Shown here piece after piece: positions 27,160-38,293 of a DNA stretch of 64,000 bases. The translations under genes and the position numbers were made by a program. Below the pieces are notes generated by a model. The model searched no databases. It was not told the origin of the DNA and saw nothing but the letters and a program-made list of their open reading frames with translations. Each line of letters opens with the position of its first letter. Position 1 is the first letter of the stretch. Source of the stretch: Cenococcum geophilum (Eukaryota); assembly GCA_050273025.1 (NCBI GenBank), contig CP158635.1, positions 19,530,001 to 19,594,000 of the forward strand, given 5' to 3'.

Positions 27160-27714
27160 GTATAGACCCCTACACACCTCTTACTAGAATACAGACTATA
27201 TTGGGAAGATAGAAAGGAAATGCAAAGACAAATAGGCTCTTCTCTTTCCCTAAAGAAGTATTTTTATACAAAGAAAGGAAGAGAGGCGCTATTTCTATTT
27301 CTGAATAGGACAAAAATAGCTACTAGAAAGTGGCTAACAGCAGCAGGATCTCTAGAAGGAGGTAACACATAATAAATTCTTAGTAAATAGACTATAGAAG
27401 GCAAAAGGATAGAAATAAACTACAAATAGGACAGGGATAGGCGTTAGGATTACTCATGATTTTATTTCGATTTTTTCTACCATTTTCCTACCGTTTTTTA
27501 CTACCTAATAGTTGCAAGTAACCTAGTATTACTAGGAAGCTATAAACCCCTAGTTTAGGAATTTATAAACTACTAGGACATAGCTACTAGTATATATTAA
27601 GCTGCCTAGAAAGGATTCATATATATAGAACTATAGCGCCATAGCCTAGAGGCTGCATGCGCAGTATTGTACGTAGTATAATACAATGGATATTAAAAAA
27701 AATATATATAAAAA
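27160..27714 (+). mobile_element. 5'-truncated LINE 3' end (ORF2 zinc-finger tail, 3' UTR, A-rich tail), lightly RIPped
   Basis: Reads TPTHLLLEYRLYWEDRKEMQ...LFLFLNRTKIATRKWL...* (stop near 27372), typical of the H..C end of fungal LINE ORF2. A-rich run at 27694-27714. Confidence 0.75.
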
Positions 27715-27951
27715 CAGTTTGACGAGCGAGCTCGAGCTTTAAAGAGACTAATAAACAAATCTAGACACATAACTAGACATAGGACGAGGTTCGGAAGGCG
27801 AATTCTTACAGCAAAGGATCAATTATTATGAAGGCAAAAGGAAGCTGCTGTACACTCTGCCACGAACGCCTAAGACTGGCTCTGGAAAGTCCTACCCCGA
27901 CCGATCAATAATAATAAGTGATTATGTCGAAAAACTCCGAACCTAGTCGCC

Positions 27952-28151
27952 AGCCCAACGAGAAGCCGCCCTTGGCGCATCTATAAGGGGTGCTTCAATG
28001 CGTACCTTACAGAATTGCCCTTTTGTCCTTGCGTCGTCCGTCTACAAAGAATGCACATTCGGCATTGCCCAATCGCTCTAAGTTATGTATAAGTAACTAT
28101 TTCCGAAACATAGGCAGGGAACGTTAGCCAATGAGAAGCAGCCTTGGCGCA
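27952..28151 (+). promoter_or_regulatory. Putative promoter of the intact gene: duplicated 26-28 bp module with a CCAAT box
   Basis: agcccaacgagaagccgcccttggcgca (27952-27979) versus agccaatgagaagcagccttggcgca (28126-28151). TATA-like ctataagg at 27981. Confidence 0.45.
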
Positions 28152-28227
28152 GTTGCACGTGTAAGTCGGCCGGTTAACTGACTCAACACTTCCCGCAAAC
28201 TCCTCACTTTTCGAAGAACATCTTAAT

Positions 28228-29691
28228 ATGGCGACAACATCTATGCCGAGAACGGTGTCAGATAATGTTGCAAACTTTTTTAAATCACAAGGCTTAATGT
28301 CACCTATTCGCAATAATTATCGGAGAATCTCTACAGCTGCCATCTCACGTCCGCCCTCACGGTCTACGGCATTATCTCTCTCTCCCGGTCAACCCATTTC
28401 CCATAAGCATTTTGATGCATCATTCGTCGGCGAAGAGGCTAGCGAGGTAGAAATTCCAGCTGTGCTCCACAGCATTGAAACATACATGTACATGGGGTTC
28501 ACCAGCGAGCAAGCAGCGATTCTGTGGGATCGTTATGTCACCGCCGTAGATGAAGCTTTCGACGGGGATTTCTTTGATTATGTGAGATGGCACATCGAGG
28601 AGGTTGATGTCCCTGATGCAACAACGTCAACGGACGACTGGGATGCCTGTATGAGAGCCATGGGCATTAATCAAAAGCTGCGGAGAACTATCCTTCTTCC
28701 TAAATTTGACGACATTCGATTCACCGCCACCTGCAAATACTGGGTTCTAGACGCAATGGAGATTTGTTATGGTGCGCTAAAAGATATGGATCGCCGGCTA
28801 ATAATGGAAAGAACTCGACTTCAGCAACTCCAGAAGGCTGCAAAGGATCAAAAAGTAGCAGACGCTCGATCTAAGCAGCCTAAGAAGGCCTCGCAAGGCC
28901 AAAAAGCAGCAGGACCCACCTCAGAACTACCACCCCTCCTTAGCCCGACGAGTTGTAAGCTGGCGGTCAAACCGCCGTCGCCGAACTCTCAGGCAGCCAC
29001 ATTTTCTTTCCCGTCTTGCGAAATAGCCGATAACCAGCCTACTCCCTCAGTCGCAACCACATATGCCACTCCTTCCGACCTGTTAGGTTATACAATGCTT
29101 TGGAGAGCTGGAGACCGGGCGCGATCTGAAGCATTCTACAACCAAGTAACACAAGAGATCAAACTTGCCGCCATCTCTACGATACCGGGAGATTTCAATA
29201 GCCAAAGGAGATTGGCCTACTGGACACCACAGAGGGAAACTGCCGACCGATATGCTCAGTGGACGAAGCATAAGGTCGACATTTCCGAAATCGTGATGAT
29301 CCAAGTTGCTATTCCCGAAAGCCTAATGAGGAATCTCACGACCTACTATCTCTGGTGCGGCGAAAGGCAGACACCGAAGGATGAATGGAGGAAGCTTGTC
29401 TACCATAGCCGGCGTTGTGAAGATTTGCCTCGAGAATTAGTCCATATCGAACAATATGATATCCTCATTGGTCACATCGCTTCGGGCACCAACCGCAAGT
29501 TCGAGCAGCTTACTCACTGGAGCCAAATCACGGACGAGGATATTCTCACTGTTCAGATCGCGGGTGAGCGTAGGACGGCGATCCAATGGGTGTTTCACAC
29601 TACCAAGGCTCGGCATGCGTTCGAGGAACAGTGTCGTGGGAAGATCTGGCTTCACAGTCTTGGGACACTCAAAATCCCTCCTCAGAGTTGA
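28228..29691 (+). CDS. Intact 487-aa hypothetical protein: N-terminal helical domain, P/S/Q/K linker, C-terminal DUF3990-like (ADP-ribosyltransferase-fold) domain
   Basis: Only long ORF in the window. Balanced GC with many intact CpA/TpG. Motifs LWRAG(291-295), GDF(321-323), YWT(331-333), EW..LV..SR(386-), YDILIGHIA(410-418), QWVF(453-456). The ORF call is strong; the domain call is by eye. Confidence 0.9.
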   Translation: MATTSMPRTVSDNVANFFKSQGLMSPIRNNYRRISTAAISRPPSRSTALSLSPGQPISHKHFDASFVGEEASEVEIPAVLHSIETYMYMGFTSEQAAILWDRYVTAVDEAFDGDFFDYVRWHIEEVDVPDATTSTDDWDACMRAMGINQKLRRTILLPKFDDIRFTATCKYWVLDAMEICYGALKDMDRRLIMERTRLQQLQKAAKDQKVADARSKQPKKASQGQKAAGPTSELPPLLSPTSCKLAVKPPSPNSQAATFSFPSCEIADNQPTPSVATTYATPSDLLGYTMLWRAGDRARSEAFYNQVTQEIKLAAISTIPGDFNSQRRLAYWTPQRETADRYAQWTKHKVDISEIVMIQVAIPESLMRNLTTYYLWCGERQTPKDEWRKLVYHSRRCEDLPRELVHIEQYDILIGHIASGTNRKFEQLTHWSQITDEDILTVQIAGERRTAIQWVFHTTKARHAFEEQCRGKIWLHSLGTLKIPPQS

Positions 29692-30879
29692 GTCTTTCAA
29701 CCACAGTAGAGTGGGCTTGTTAGGTATTAAGTAAACGGCTACGAAATGTGGTCTCTGGAGGTCTGGCGTGCCATCCCCTCCGGGAGGGCAAGGAAACATA
29801 TAATAGAAGACTTATTACGTGATTAGTATTGTAGATTTTAGCACTAGTAAAACTATAATAATTTCCACAGGCTCTTATTCTTACATTACCGCAAATACTG
29901 CCAAGTTATAATTAGGGAATAGCCCGTAATTAGCCCGCCTGGTGTACTGTTCTATTAGCTCCTTAACACTCTAACACCGCTATCGATAGTATCACATCAC
30001 TACTGTCGGTAGTACTACGTTGCCACATTACAGAATTTAGGACTCCCACTTTATAAGGCATTTTATGTCACTAAGCAGCGCTAAATTATCTACAGTTTAC
30101 AAGCTCTATCAATAATACATTATATATACCTTAACAGTATCTTTTGTAACCTTCGCCTCAGCGGTTATACAGGGAGAATCTCTATAGCTACTTAAATTGG
30201 CTAAGGCATAGACAATATCCCTACTACCTATCTACTCATTTTTGGCTTATATTTTATACTATTCCTCTTTACTTATTATTATATAGGGATTACTATACAG
30301 TTTACTAAAAATTCGCCCTTTATATTTTAGTCTATTCTGGCATAAAGAAGGGCTAGTGTAGTATATATAATTGCACCTAGCATTATAGTAGTCATTTAAT
30401 CTATATAGGAGGATATCACGCCTAGGCATGGTATATTAAATGCCTATAATTTACTAGGGTTTAATAAGATAAGTAGATTTTAATATATTAATTATAAGCG
30501 GTAATAATTATAGTTATTAGCAAATCTAAAATAGGGAGGGTAATTGTTAGCTTAATATAAGTAATTAGTTTTATAAATATAAGAAAATGCATTACTAAAA
30601 AAGGAAAATATTATAATTAGGGATAGTATAGTAGTAGTATAGTAACTAAAGTAAACTAAAGGTAAGAAAAAAGGGAGCTAGGGTAATAAAGAGATAAAAT
30701 CGGTTAGTAGGGAACGCTAAAGTGGTAAGTTATTAAGTAAAGTATCTTGCTAAATAATAAACCAATTTCTAATTTCCTAATATAACTCCATCTTTAATAA
30801 CTAGTCTCTTATTAAGTGGTAGTTATGGTAAGGTAGTATATAGCAAACTAACTATATAGGCTATCTATATATATTATAT

Positions 30880-31328
30880 AGTATCTAAAATATAAATACT
30901 TATAAATTATATATTTAGTTCTAAGATCTCTATCTATAGTAGGAAGGCGGGTATAGATTTTGCCTTCGTTAATTCTTTATATAGAAGGAGTATAGGGTAT
31001 TCTATATAGCTACTCTTTATACCTTTACTCCTTTTTTTAACGCCGTTTTTACTTAAGGTTTATCTATCTTGTAGTATATATAGTGGTTCTCTATTTATAC
31101 TAGTAGCCTCCTACCCTTTATCGCTATAGTAGTACTCTACTAGTGGGGCGCTAGGTCTCCGCTTAGTATTATAATAGCTCCTATATTTTCTTTTCTTTCT
31201 CTACTACTTATAGGTAGAGAATTTCCTAGCTTATATACTTAAGCGTATTACCCTTTTAAGAAGTCTTCGCGCCTTATATACGTTTTAGTATTTAGGGTAT
31301 ATCTTTCTCTACTAGATAGCTTTATACT
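30880..31328 (-). mobile_element. LINE ORF2 C-terminal fragment related to LINE family B
   Basis: De-RIP W.DLEWKRRW...TW.TP...LLYEELTKAES..AFLLRTEILGLN parallels LINE B at about 8660-8860. Confidence 0.7.
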
Positions 31329-32092
31329 TATTACAGCACTAGCAGAAAACAGTAGAATTTAGCTAGTAGAACTTAATAAAACTTTATAGTTACGTAATTA
31401 GAGAACCGTATAAAAGAACCTTACTTTAACCGGCGCTGCTCTTCTTCTTCTTTCCTTTCTCTAGCTTTAGATCCTCGTTTATAGAGTATTTAATTATATA
31501 GGCTTGCGCGTCCCTCTTACTATACTCGTGCCTTAACCAACTAAGTCGCTAATATTATCTAAAGCTTATTACCACTCTTTCTTCCTAAAAAGGAACTTAA
31601 AAATATCTATAAGACTATAAATAGGATAAGGATATAGAATAGGACCCTAAGGACATTACTAGAACTATAAGGATAGGACCTAAAGGAAAAGAACAGAACC
31701 CTAAGGAAAGGACCTATAAGACACGCATAGACTAGAATCCCTAAAGAAATTACCTAGAATTACCTAATATCTCTACCACTATGCCACAAAATATAGTAGT
31801 AGGTAAGGCAGCTATAGGAACTATAAATACCTTAGACGAAGAAATAATTAATATTTTAATCCTCTAGGCGGAGCTTACAGCAGCTAATACTAAAATTAAA
31901 CGGCTATGAGAACTGCTTAAAACTAGAAACACCCCTATATTTTAAGAAAACCTATTAAATAGACTTACTACAGTCCTTAAGGCACTAGCCTAACGCACTA
32001 TACTATTAAGATCCGCGAAGGTTACAGACCCCTTATTACTTATAGATGGGACTAACTCTATATTTAATAATTAGAAGCTTTATATAAGGGGT
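31329..32092 (+). mobile_element. Gypsy family C, copy C2: 5' LTR (31329-31554) and gag start
   Basis: tattacagcact...gtcgctaata. Homologous to 3178-3739. Gag relic ...DP.LL.DG..P.FDNWKL. Confidence 0.8.
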
Positions 32093-32390
32093 TATAAGGA
32101 TATAATTATAGAATAGAATAAATTGGCAAAAGAGATAAATCCTTAAAGAGGTAAGGCCTTTAGGATTATAGAAACTATATACTATAGGTATATGCCTCTA
32201 GTACGTAACTAGTAACTATCTAAAAGGTATTTAGGGGTTGTTCTAAGGGCAACCTAAGGTAACCGCAATAATATCCCTTATATTGCCCCCCCCTCTTCTT
32301 ATAGTTAGCCCCTAATTGCTATTACCTTATAGTAGGGAGATTATAAGGGCTTGTCCTAGAAGGGGTTCGGAAAGATATTAAAGAGATATC
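32093..32390 (-). mobile_element. LTR family F: 3' LTR (32093-32282) with PPT and a short internal stub
   Basis: Inverted termini tataagga and cccttata (RIP of TGTAAGG...CCTTACA). Adjacent ttgcccccccctcttctt is a minus-strand PPT. Confidence 0.7.
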
Positions 32391-33320
32391 AATATGCCGC
32401 TAGCCCTAGCTTCACTTTTTACTAGTAAGGCACTATATATAATACACTTTACTTAGGCAATACTAGATTTTATTACTATAGTATAGTACCAAACTTATAA
32501 TAAGGAGATACTCCGGTATATAGAGCATGCGCTATATTAGATTAATAAACTAAAAGAAGTGTTTTAAGGTTTCTAACCTAAGGTAAGGGATTTAGATAAG
32601 GGGCATTTTAACTTCCTAAAGTTTTATACTATAATCTATTTTATAAATTATATCTGCCAGTTTAGTACTACTAATAGTTATAATATATTAAACGGAGAAG
32701 CTGCCTATAAGTACGCTATAAAGGCGTATTAAAATTAAATAAATAAATAGAGTAATTTTAAGTTATATATCTACCTATATAACACCTAGTGCGTATCTAT
32801 ACTAGTAACAGAGAGTTAGTTATTATATTATAATTCCAGGACTATATCTACCCCAGAACGTAGTATATTACTATAATTAACTAAACTAATACGTTATATT
32901 GATATGCAATTAACTCCTTAGGGTTTAAAAACGGATTAATACGCCTATATATCCTAATACGGTCTTAGTCTTATAAAATAGCGGATAGTAGGGATATTAG
33001 CTAATAGTCTTAAAATATCTAATTTTAAGGACGCGTTTATAGTATTTCTTTATAAATATAGAAGGAAGGTCGTTAGCTAGAATTCTATATAAGCTAATAT
33101 AGACCGTCGTAACCTAGACCCTTCTTAAATTAGGCTATACTTTATTTAAGTATACTCCTCCTTAAAATACTAGAAGCGGATAGGTGCGGATCTAAACGAC
33201 CTTAACTAAGTAGCTAAGGAAATCGTATACTACGTACTAAATTAGCAAAAGTTAAGTAATTGGAAGCGCGACTATATATAAGTATAGGAATATACAGCCG
33301 ACGATAAAGATGGTTTCTAT
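32390..33320 (+). mobile_element. Plavaka-like DNA transposase relic
   Basis: From 32601: GHFNFLKFYTIIYF.NYI.QFSTTNSYN..NGEAAYKY.IKAY, de-RIP GHFNFPKFHAM.H...I..FG..D.YDT..GEAAHK...KAY. Upstream AILDFI..AQY..H.EETLRY.EHAL. Confidence 0.75.
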
Positions 33321-33382
33321 ACCTTAAGTGTCTCTTCTATATATATATAGTAACCACAGCGTCGCCGGAGCTCCGCCTCTAT

Positions 33383-33589
33383 AAGAGGGGGGGTAGTATT
33401 ACAGAACCCCACCGCAGGGGCCTCTATAGGAGAGCCCCGTGCTCTTACGTACACCTCGCGTACAGCTTATATCAGCTACACGTAGGTATATCACCTCCTT
33501 ACGCCCTCGACCCTTACGATCAATCGCGTAACGTCTTGTAGACTCCTCAAATACATACGCTTTATAGCCACTGCCCCCATCCCGTGACA
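33383..33589 (+). mobile_element. LTR family G: PPT and 3' LTR (33397-33589), weakly RIPped
   Basis: aagagggggggtag, then tattacagaacccc...cccgtgaca. Confidence 0.75.
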
Positions 33590-36500
33590 TTGCCAATTTG
33601 CTATAGCCTTAATCTTCTTTAAATCTATGCTAAGTTGGCTTAGTTTAATAATAAATCTAATAAAATTAGTCTTTTTAGTGAAGAACTTGTATTTCTTAAT
33701 TGCTACTAGCATCTATTCTTTTTATAGTCTCTTTAAGACCTATTTAACATGTTCCCCGTGTTCTTCCTTAGTTATTAAGTAGATAATAATATTATTAAGG
33801 TATACTATAACAAATTTATTTAAGTATTCTCCTAATATATTATTAATACGCTTCTAAAACGTTACTAGTGTGTTTATAAGCCCGAATTGTATAACTAATA
33901 GTTTATATAGTCCTTCCTTTGACCTAAAGGCTGCCTTCCATTTATCGCCTTTCTTAATTTAGATCTAATAGTACGCCTACCTTAGATCTATCTTTGTAAA
34001 GATTTATACGTTGCCTATCCTATCTTAGATTTTACTAATTAAGGGTAAAGGATACCTATCCTTTCTAGTAATGCTATTTAACTGTTTATAGTCGATATAT
34101 AGCCTTAGTTTACCGTTTTTCTTTGGTATAAATAGTACTAGATAACCTGCTAATAACTGCGATGGTCTAATATATCCCTTTTATAGGTTTTCTTAGATAA
34201 ACTCTTTTAATACTCTACCTTCCTCTTTAGTAAGCTTATAAATTGGAAAAAACCTTAAACTTATTCCTGGTTCTAACTCTATCTTATAGTCCTATACTAT
34301 ATACTCTAATAGCTTTTTACTTTCTAGTAACTAGAGTTTCTTGCTATACTTATAGTATCTCTTTAGTATATGGCTTAGCCCTTTTTCCGTTTCTTTATAG
34401 GTTGCTCCTACTTAGTACCATACTAACTTAGCTTGTTATTACATCTTATAGCGTTAAGTATTCCTAATATCGACCTAACCTATAATCTAATTAATCCTTA
34501 GATTATATTCCTGTAACTAAGGCATGCTTAATACTGCCTTATCCCGTCCTAATAGTAGGATATTAAAAGACATCTTAATTTATCTTCCTTTAATGGTTAT
34601 CTAAATAGGTCCTATTTTAAGATTAATAATCCCTCCTCCGTAGGCTATTAGATCTCCTAAAATTATAACTAATAGGTAAGGTTGCTCCTTCTGTCTATAA
34701 GGTAAACCTATTCTTTTAACTACTATTAGTAAGATATAGTTCCGCGTTACTCTACTATCTATTAGCGCTTTAAACTACTAATCCTACTATTTAACTTATA
34801 AATTTAGGTGTTATCTTTAAATTCCTTTAAGGGTCTAAGGCTCTACCACTGGCTCCCTTTAGTCCCGTAGGCCTTTACTTTTCCTAACTATTAGCTGCTT
34901 AATCCTTATATACTTAGCTCGCTCTTTAGCTAATACCTAGTTTACTTTTTATTTTTTATATACTATAGACACGTGTTCTCTAGGCATTTCCACTACTATT
35001 ATCCGTCTAAGTATTCTTCTATAAGGAATCTTTCTAGTTAAAGTATTAAATCTCCTTCCTCTTAAACTTCTGCTGGATGCCAGCTATATATATACTTAGC
35101 ATTTCTATACTATTGCTTATCTGGCGCCTAATATATCCTTATAGGGTATTTCTAATTCTTTTTCTTTAGATTTTTATGCATCTTATATACGTTATCTACG
35201 TATATAATCCATAATAGCGTATAGTGTACTAGGTGCTTTGGGTTAACTCTTAACTTATCTTTATCTTTAAGTTTAAACCTCTATTATACTAATCTAAATA
35301 TTATAACTTTATTCGCAGGTATTGAGATGCGTCTCTTATTTCTCTAGTCCTTTAATTATTCCTCTAAATCCTTTAACGTTATAATTAAGGCTCCTTTAAT
35401 GTAATTTATAGCCTTCTCTGTAATTAGGTGGTCTTAAATAACTTATTTATCCAACTATATATAGAAATCTTCCTACTAGTCGTTATGCCTTTGCCTATAC
35501 CACTTTTAGTATAGCTGCTAAAGTATATACGGCTTGTCTGTAAAGAAGTATCTTCTTATTACTACGTTGTGATAGCTTTTAGTGTGTCGTTCTTTGAACC
35601 TAGTAGAGATCCCTAAATCCTCTTCGTTTTCTAGTTTAGTAAGCCACTTAGCTCTTAATATACCTACTCTAAGCCTATTAGTAATTCTTTGTACTAGTGC
35701 TCTATCCCTTATACGTCCCAATATACTAGATCTTTTATCTAGTTTTTATTCTTGCTATGCAATAATTCTCTATCTAAATTCTTCTATAGTTTTTTTTGTT
35801 TGCGTCTTGCGCTTAGATCCTTAAAGTCTTCTTGCTTTTTAATCTTAGTATTAACGTTTTAATCTTTAGGCCGAACACTACGTTCTCCTAGTAAGTCTTC
35901 TGGGTCTATATATCTGTCTCCTAGTCTAATTACTGTTTATGCTGTAGATTCTCTAATCTATAAAGAAGCCTCTTACCTCTTATTTGTGGGTGTCCTTATT
36001 TATACTCTAAATTCTTAACCCCTTTAGATTCTTAATCCTAAGCTTGCTTTTATCTTAAGCTTAGCTCTAGCCTTAGTCTAACTAGGCTTTACTAGTATTC
36101 TTATCTTATCTTAAGAGTCTTAAATCTTACTTATCTCGTCTTAAGAGTCTTATACCTTTAGGAAACTTCGTCCTAAGCTTATTTATATATTACTGAACTA
36201 AGCCGTTACTCTACTCTATCGGTTATCGTCCATTATAGGTCCTTAAGCTTACATCATCTCGTCTTAAGAATCTTGGTCGTCTCTTATCTCATCTTAAGAA
36301 TCTTAAGCCTTTGGCCTTTTGCCTTTATTAAGTGCTAAAGTAGTTTACTATCCTACTTCTTTTACGTCTTGCGAAGCGATAGACATCGTATCTAGTAGGG
36401 TCTTAATCCCTACTAATGTTCCTTACTCTATGGCGGAATTATCCTCTGCCTCTTATATAACATCTCCAATAGCTACGTACTCCTAGTAAGCCGCCTTCGT

Positions 36501-38293
36501 TGCCTCATTGTTACGGAATGTTTCGCCTATGTCGAATTCATCGTCCTTAATGTCCGATCTGTGAACTAGTTTGTTAGTTTCTTAACATTTTAATAAACTT
36601 GGCTCCTGTGGCTAATAGCTTATACTATACTTAGCGTCCTTATAAATTTAGTATACGTTATTATAACAAAACGCAAAACTTTTAATTAAATATTCTTTTG
36701 TTCCTTATAGTATATTATCGTCCCTTTATACGTATATATTGTCTACTAGTCTTATACCCTTTACTATATAGTAACTTTAACCACTTCTACAGTCTCTAAT
36801 ATAATAACCCTATTTTCCGCAATTTATATAAGCTCCTTCTTTAAACCATTTTTCTTACTATAGAGTCCGCCTAAACGTCTTTTACTATTAAGATCCCTAG
36901 TTTGGCCTCTGCTCCTTAAACCTTTAATTACTTAATCCTTATCCTCTAGGTTTCTATAATTTCTTATTCTATCTTCTAGATTCTTTAGTACTACTTAGAT
37001 CTATTAGCTCTGCGCTATACTATAGTTTTTAACTTAGCTTTAGTCGTTGCGTACTCTATACCTTATATGACTATAAAACTCTATCTTAGCCTCTCTTAGC
37101 CTGTTCCCTTTGGTAGATTTAATTATTAATCTTAATTACTTAATCTATTAGTTCCCTTAGGGTGTCTATATCTTCTATTAGGATAATTACGTCCTAGACT
37201 TTAGCCTTAAGTCCTTACTTATACTATGCTATAAGCGCCCTATTATTCCACTCTACTTATATTACTAACGTCTAGAACTGCGTTGTATACTTAATTACTA
37301 AGGTTCGTTACGTAATATTTTAAAGTTTTCTTTCCGCCGTGGTTACTGCCTCTAGGTCTCCAAATATCTATATAAGTTGCTCTATAAACCCTTCCTAGCT
37401 TAAGAACATAAACTGCACCTCTTAATTAATGGTCGTTATCCCATTTACTTATATCTCTATAAGGTAAAATTTAAACTATTTAAGTGCCTTTCCTAATAGG
37501 AATAATCCCGCATACGCTATTCGATCCATAAGTGTTAGTAGCTTTACCCCTTCTTACGTAACCTTAAAGTGCATTTATATAAGAAATCCTTTAAGCTTTA
37601 ATCTCTCTCCTAAGTATCTCTTAATTAATAGTAGCTTAATCTTTGCTGCTCTTATCCTATTAACCCTTTCTTCCAGCGCTGCATTATTAGTTGTTAACTG
37701 GTTAACTATCTCTTATAGTTGTCCAACCGTTATAGGTTGCTATAAGTTAGTATCTGCTATACTAGTGTCGTTACCTAATCTTAAAGTAGTTGCCGCCGTC
37801 GATAGCATTGTAGTGGCTACTTTTAGTAGCATATTGTTTAACTTTGTTAATACCGTAACCTTAGTAGTGAATATATAACGAAGCCTTATAGCAGGAACTA
37901 TGGTGGACTTATTAATAGGCTAGGTATATAGGTAAATAAGAAGTCAATAACGTAATAATAACTAGTGGAGTGGTTGCCCAATAGATTAACTCTAATTGTA
38001 TTCTAAGATTCACTACAAAGGAGAGAACTATCTAGGTAGGGACTGTGGTCCTTTAAATACACAACCGTACTCCTAAGAAATCCCCTTTATACGTAAGATA
38101 CGTGTTATACGTATTGTACGTACGTTCCTCTTATATACTACGTATACTACGTACAACGTTATGTAACCTTAGTTACTATTCCTCGTCACATAGCTCTATC
38201 GGCTCTATCCTAGACCATGCCTAAATTAACCAACTAGCTTCTTCCGACTTCTCTTCAAGTAGTCGTAGTATTATACTTAAAGCGTCCGTAATA
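33590..38293 (-). mobile_element. Gypsy family B, copy B3: RT (partial), protease, extended gag, 5' LTR (37874-38293)
   Basis: De-RIP RT AYLDDIIIYS...EH.EHV near 33790 and KNGKLRL..DY near 34110. Protease LIDSG near 34760. LTR tataacgaagcc...ccgtaata. Confidence 0.9.

Noticed and set aside
28083..29799. Overlapping ORFs 28083-28313(-), 29083-29304(-), 29437-29799(-), 29456-29734(+) as a separate antitoxin
   Set aside because: Expected shadow ORFs of a GC-balanced coding region with no recognisable motifs. Not excluded without transcript data.
26443..33320. Starship, Spok, HET/NLR or secreted effector identity for the gene block
   Set aside because: No tyrosine-recombinase captain, kinase, P-loop or HET motifs seen. 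The protein has no hydrophobic signal peptide and is not small and Cys-rich.
4517..38293. B2 and B3 as two halves of one element enclosing the gene
   Set aside because: Flanks differ (attag versus gaagc) and the U3 halves of the LTRs differ.
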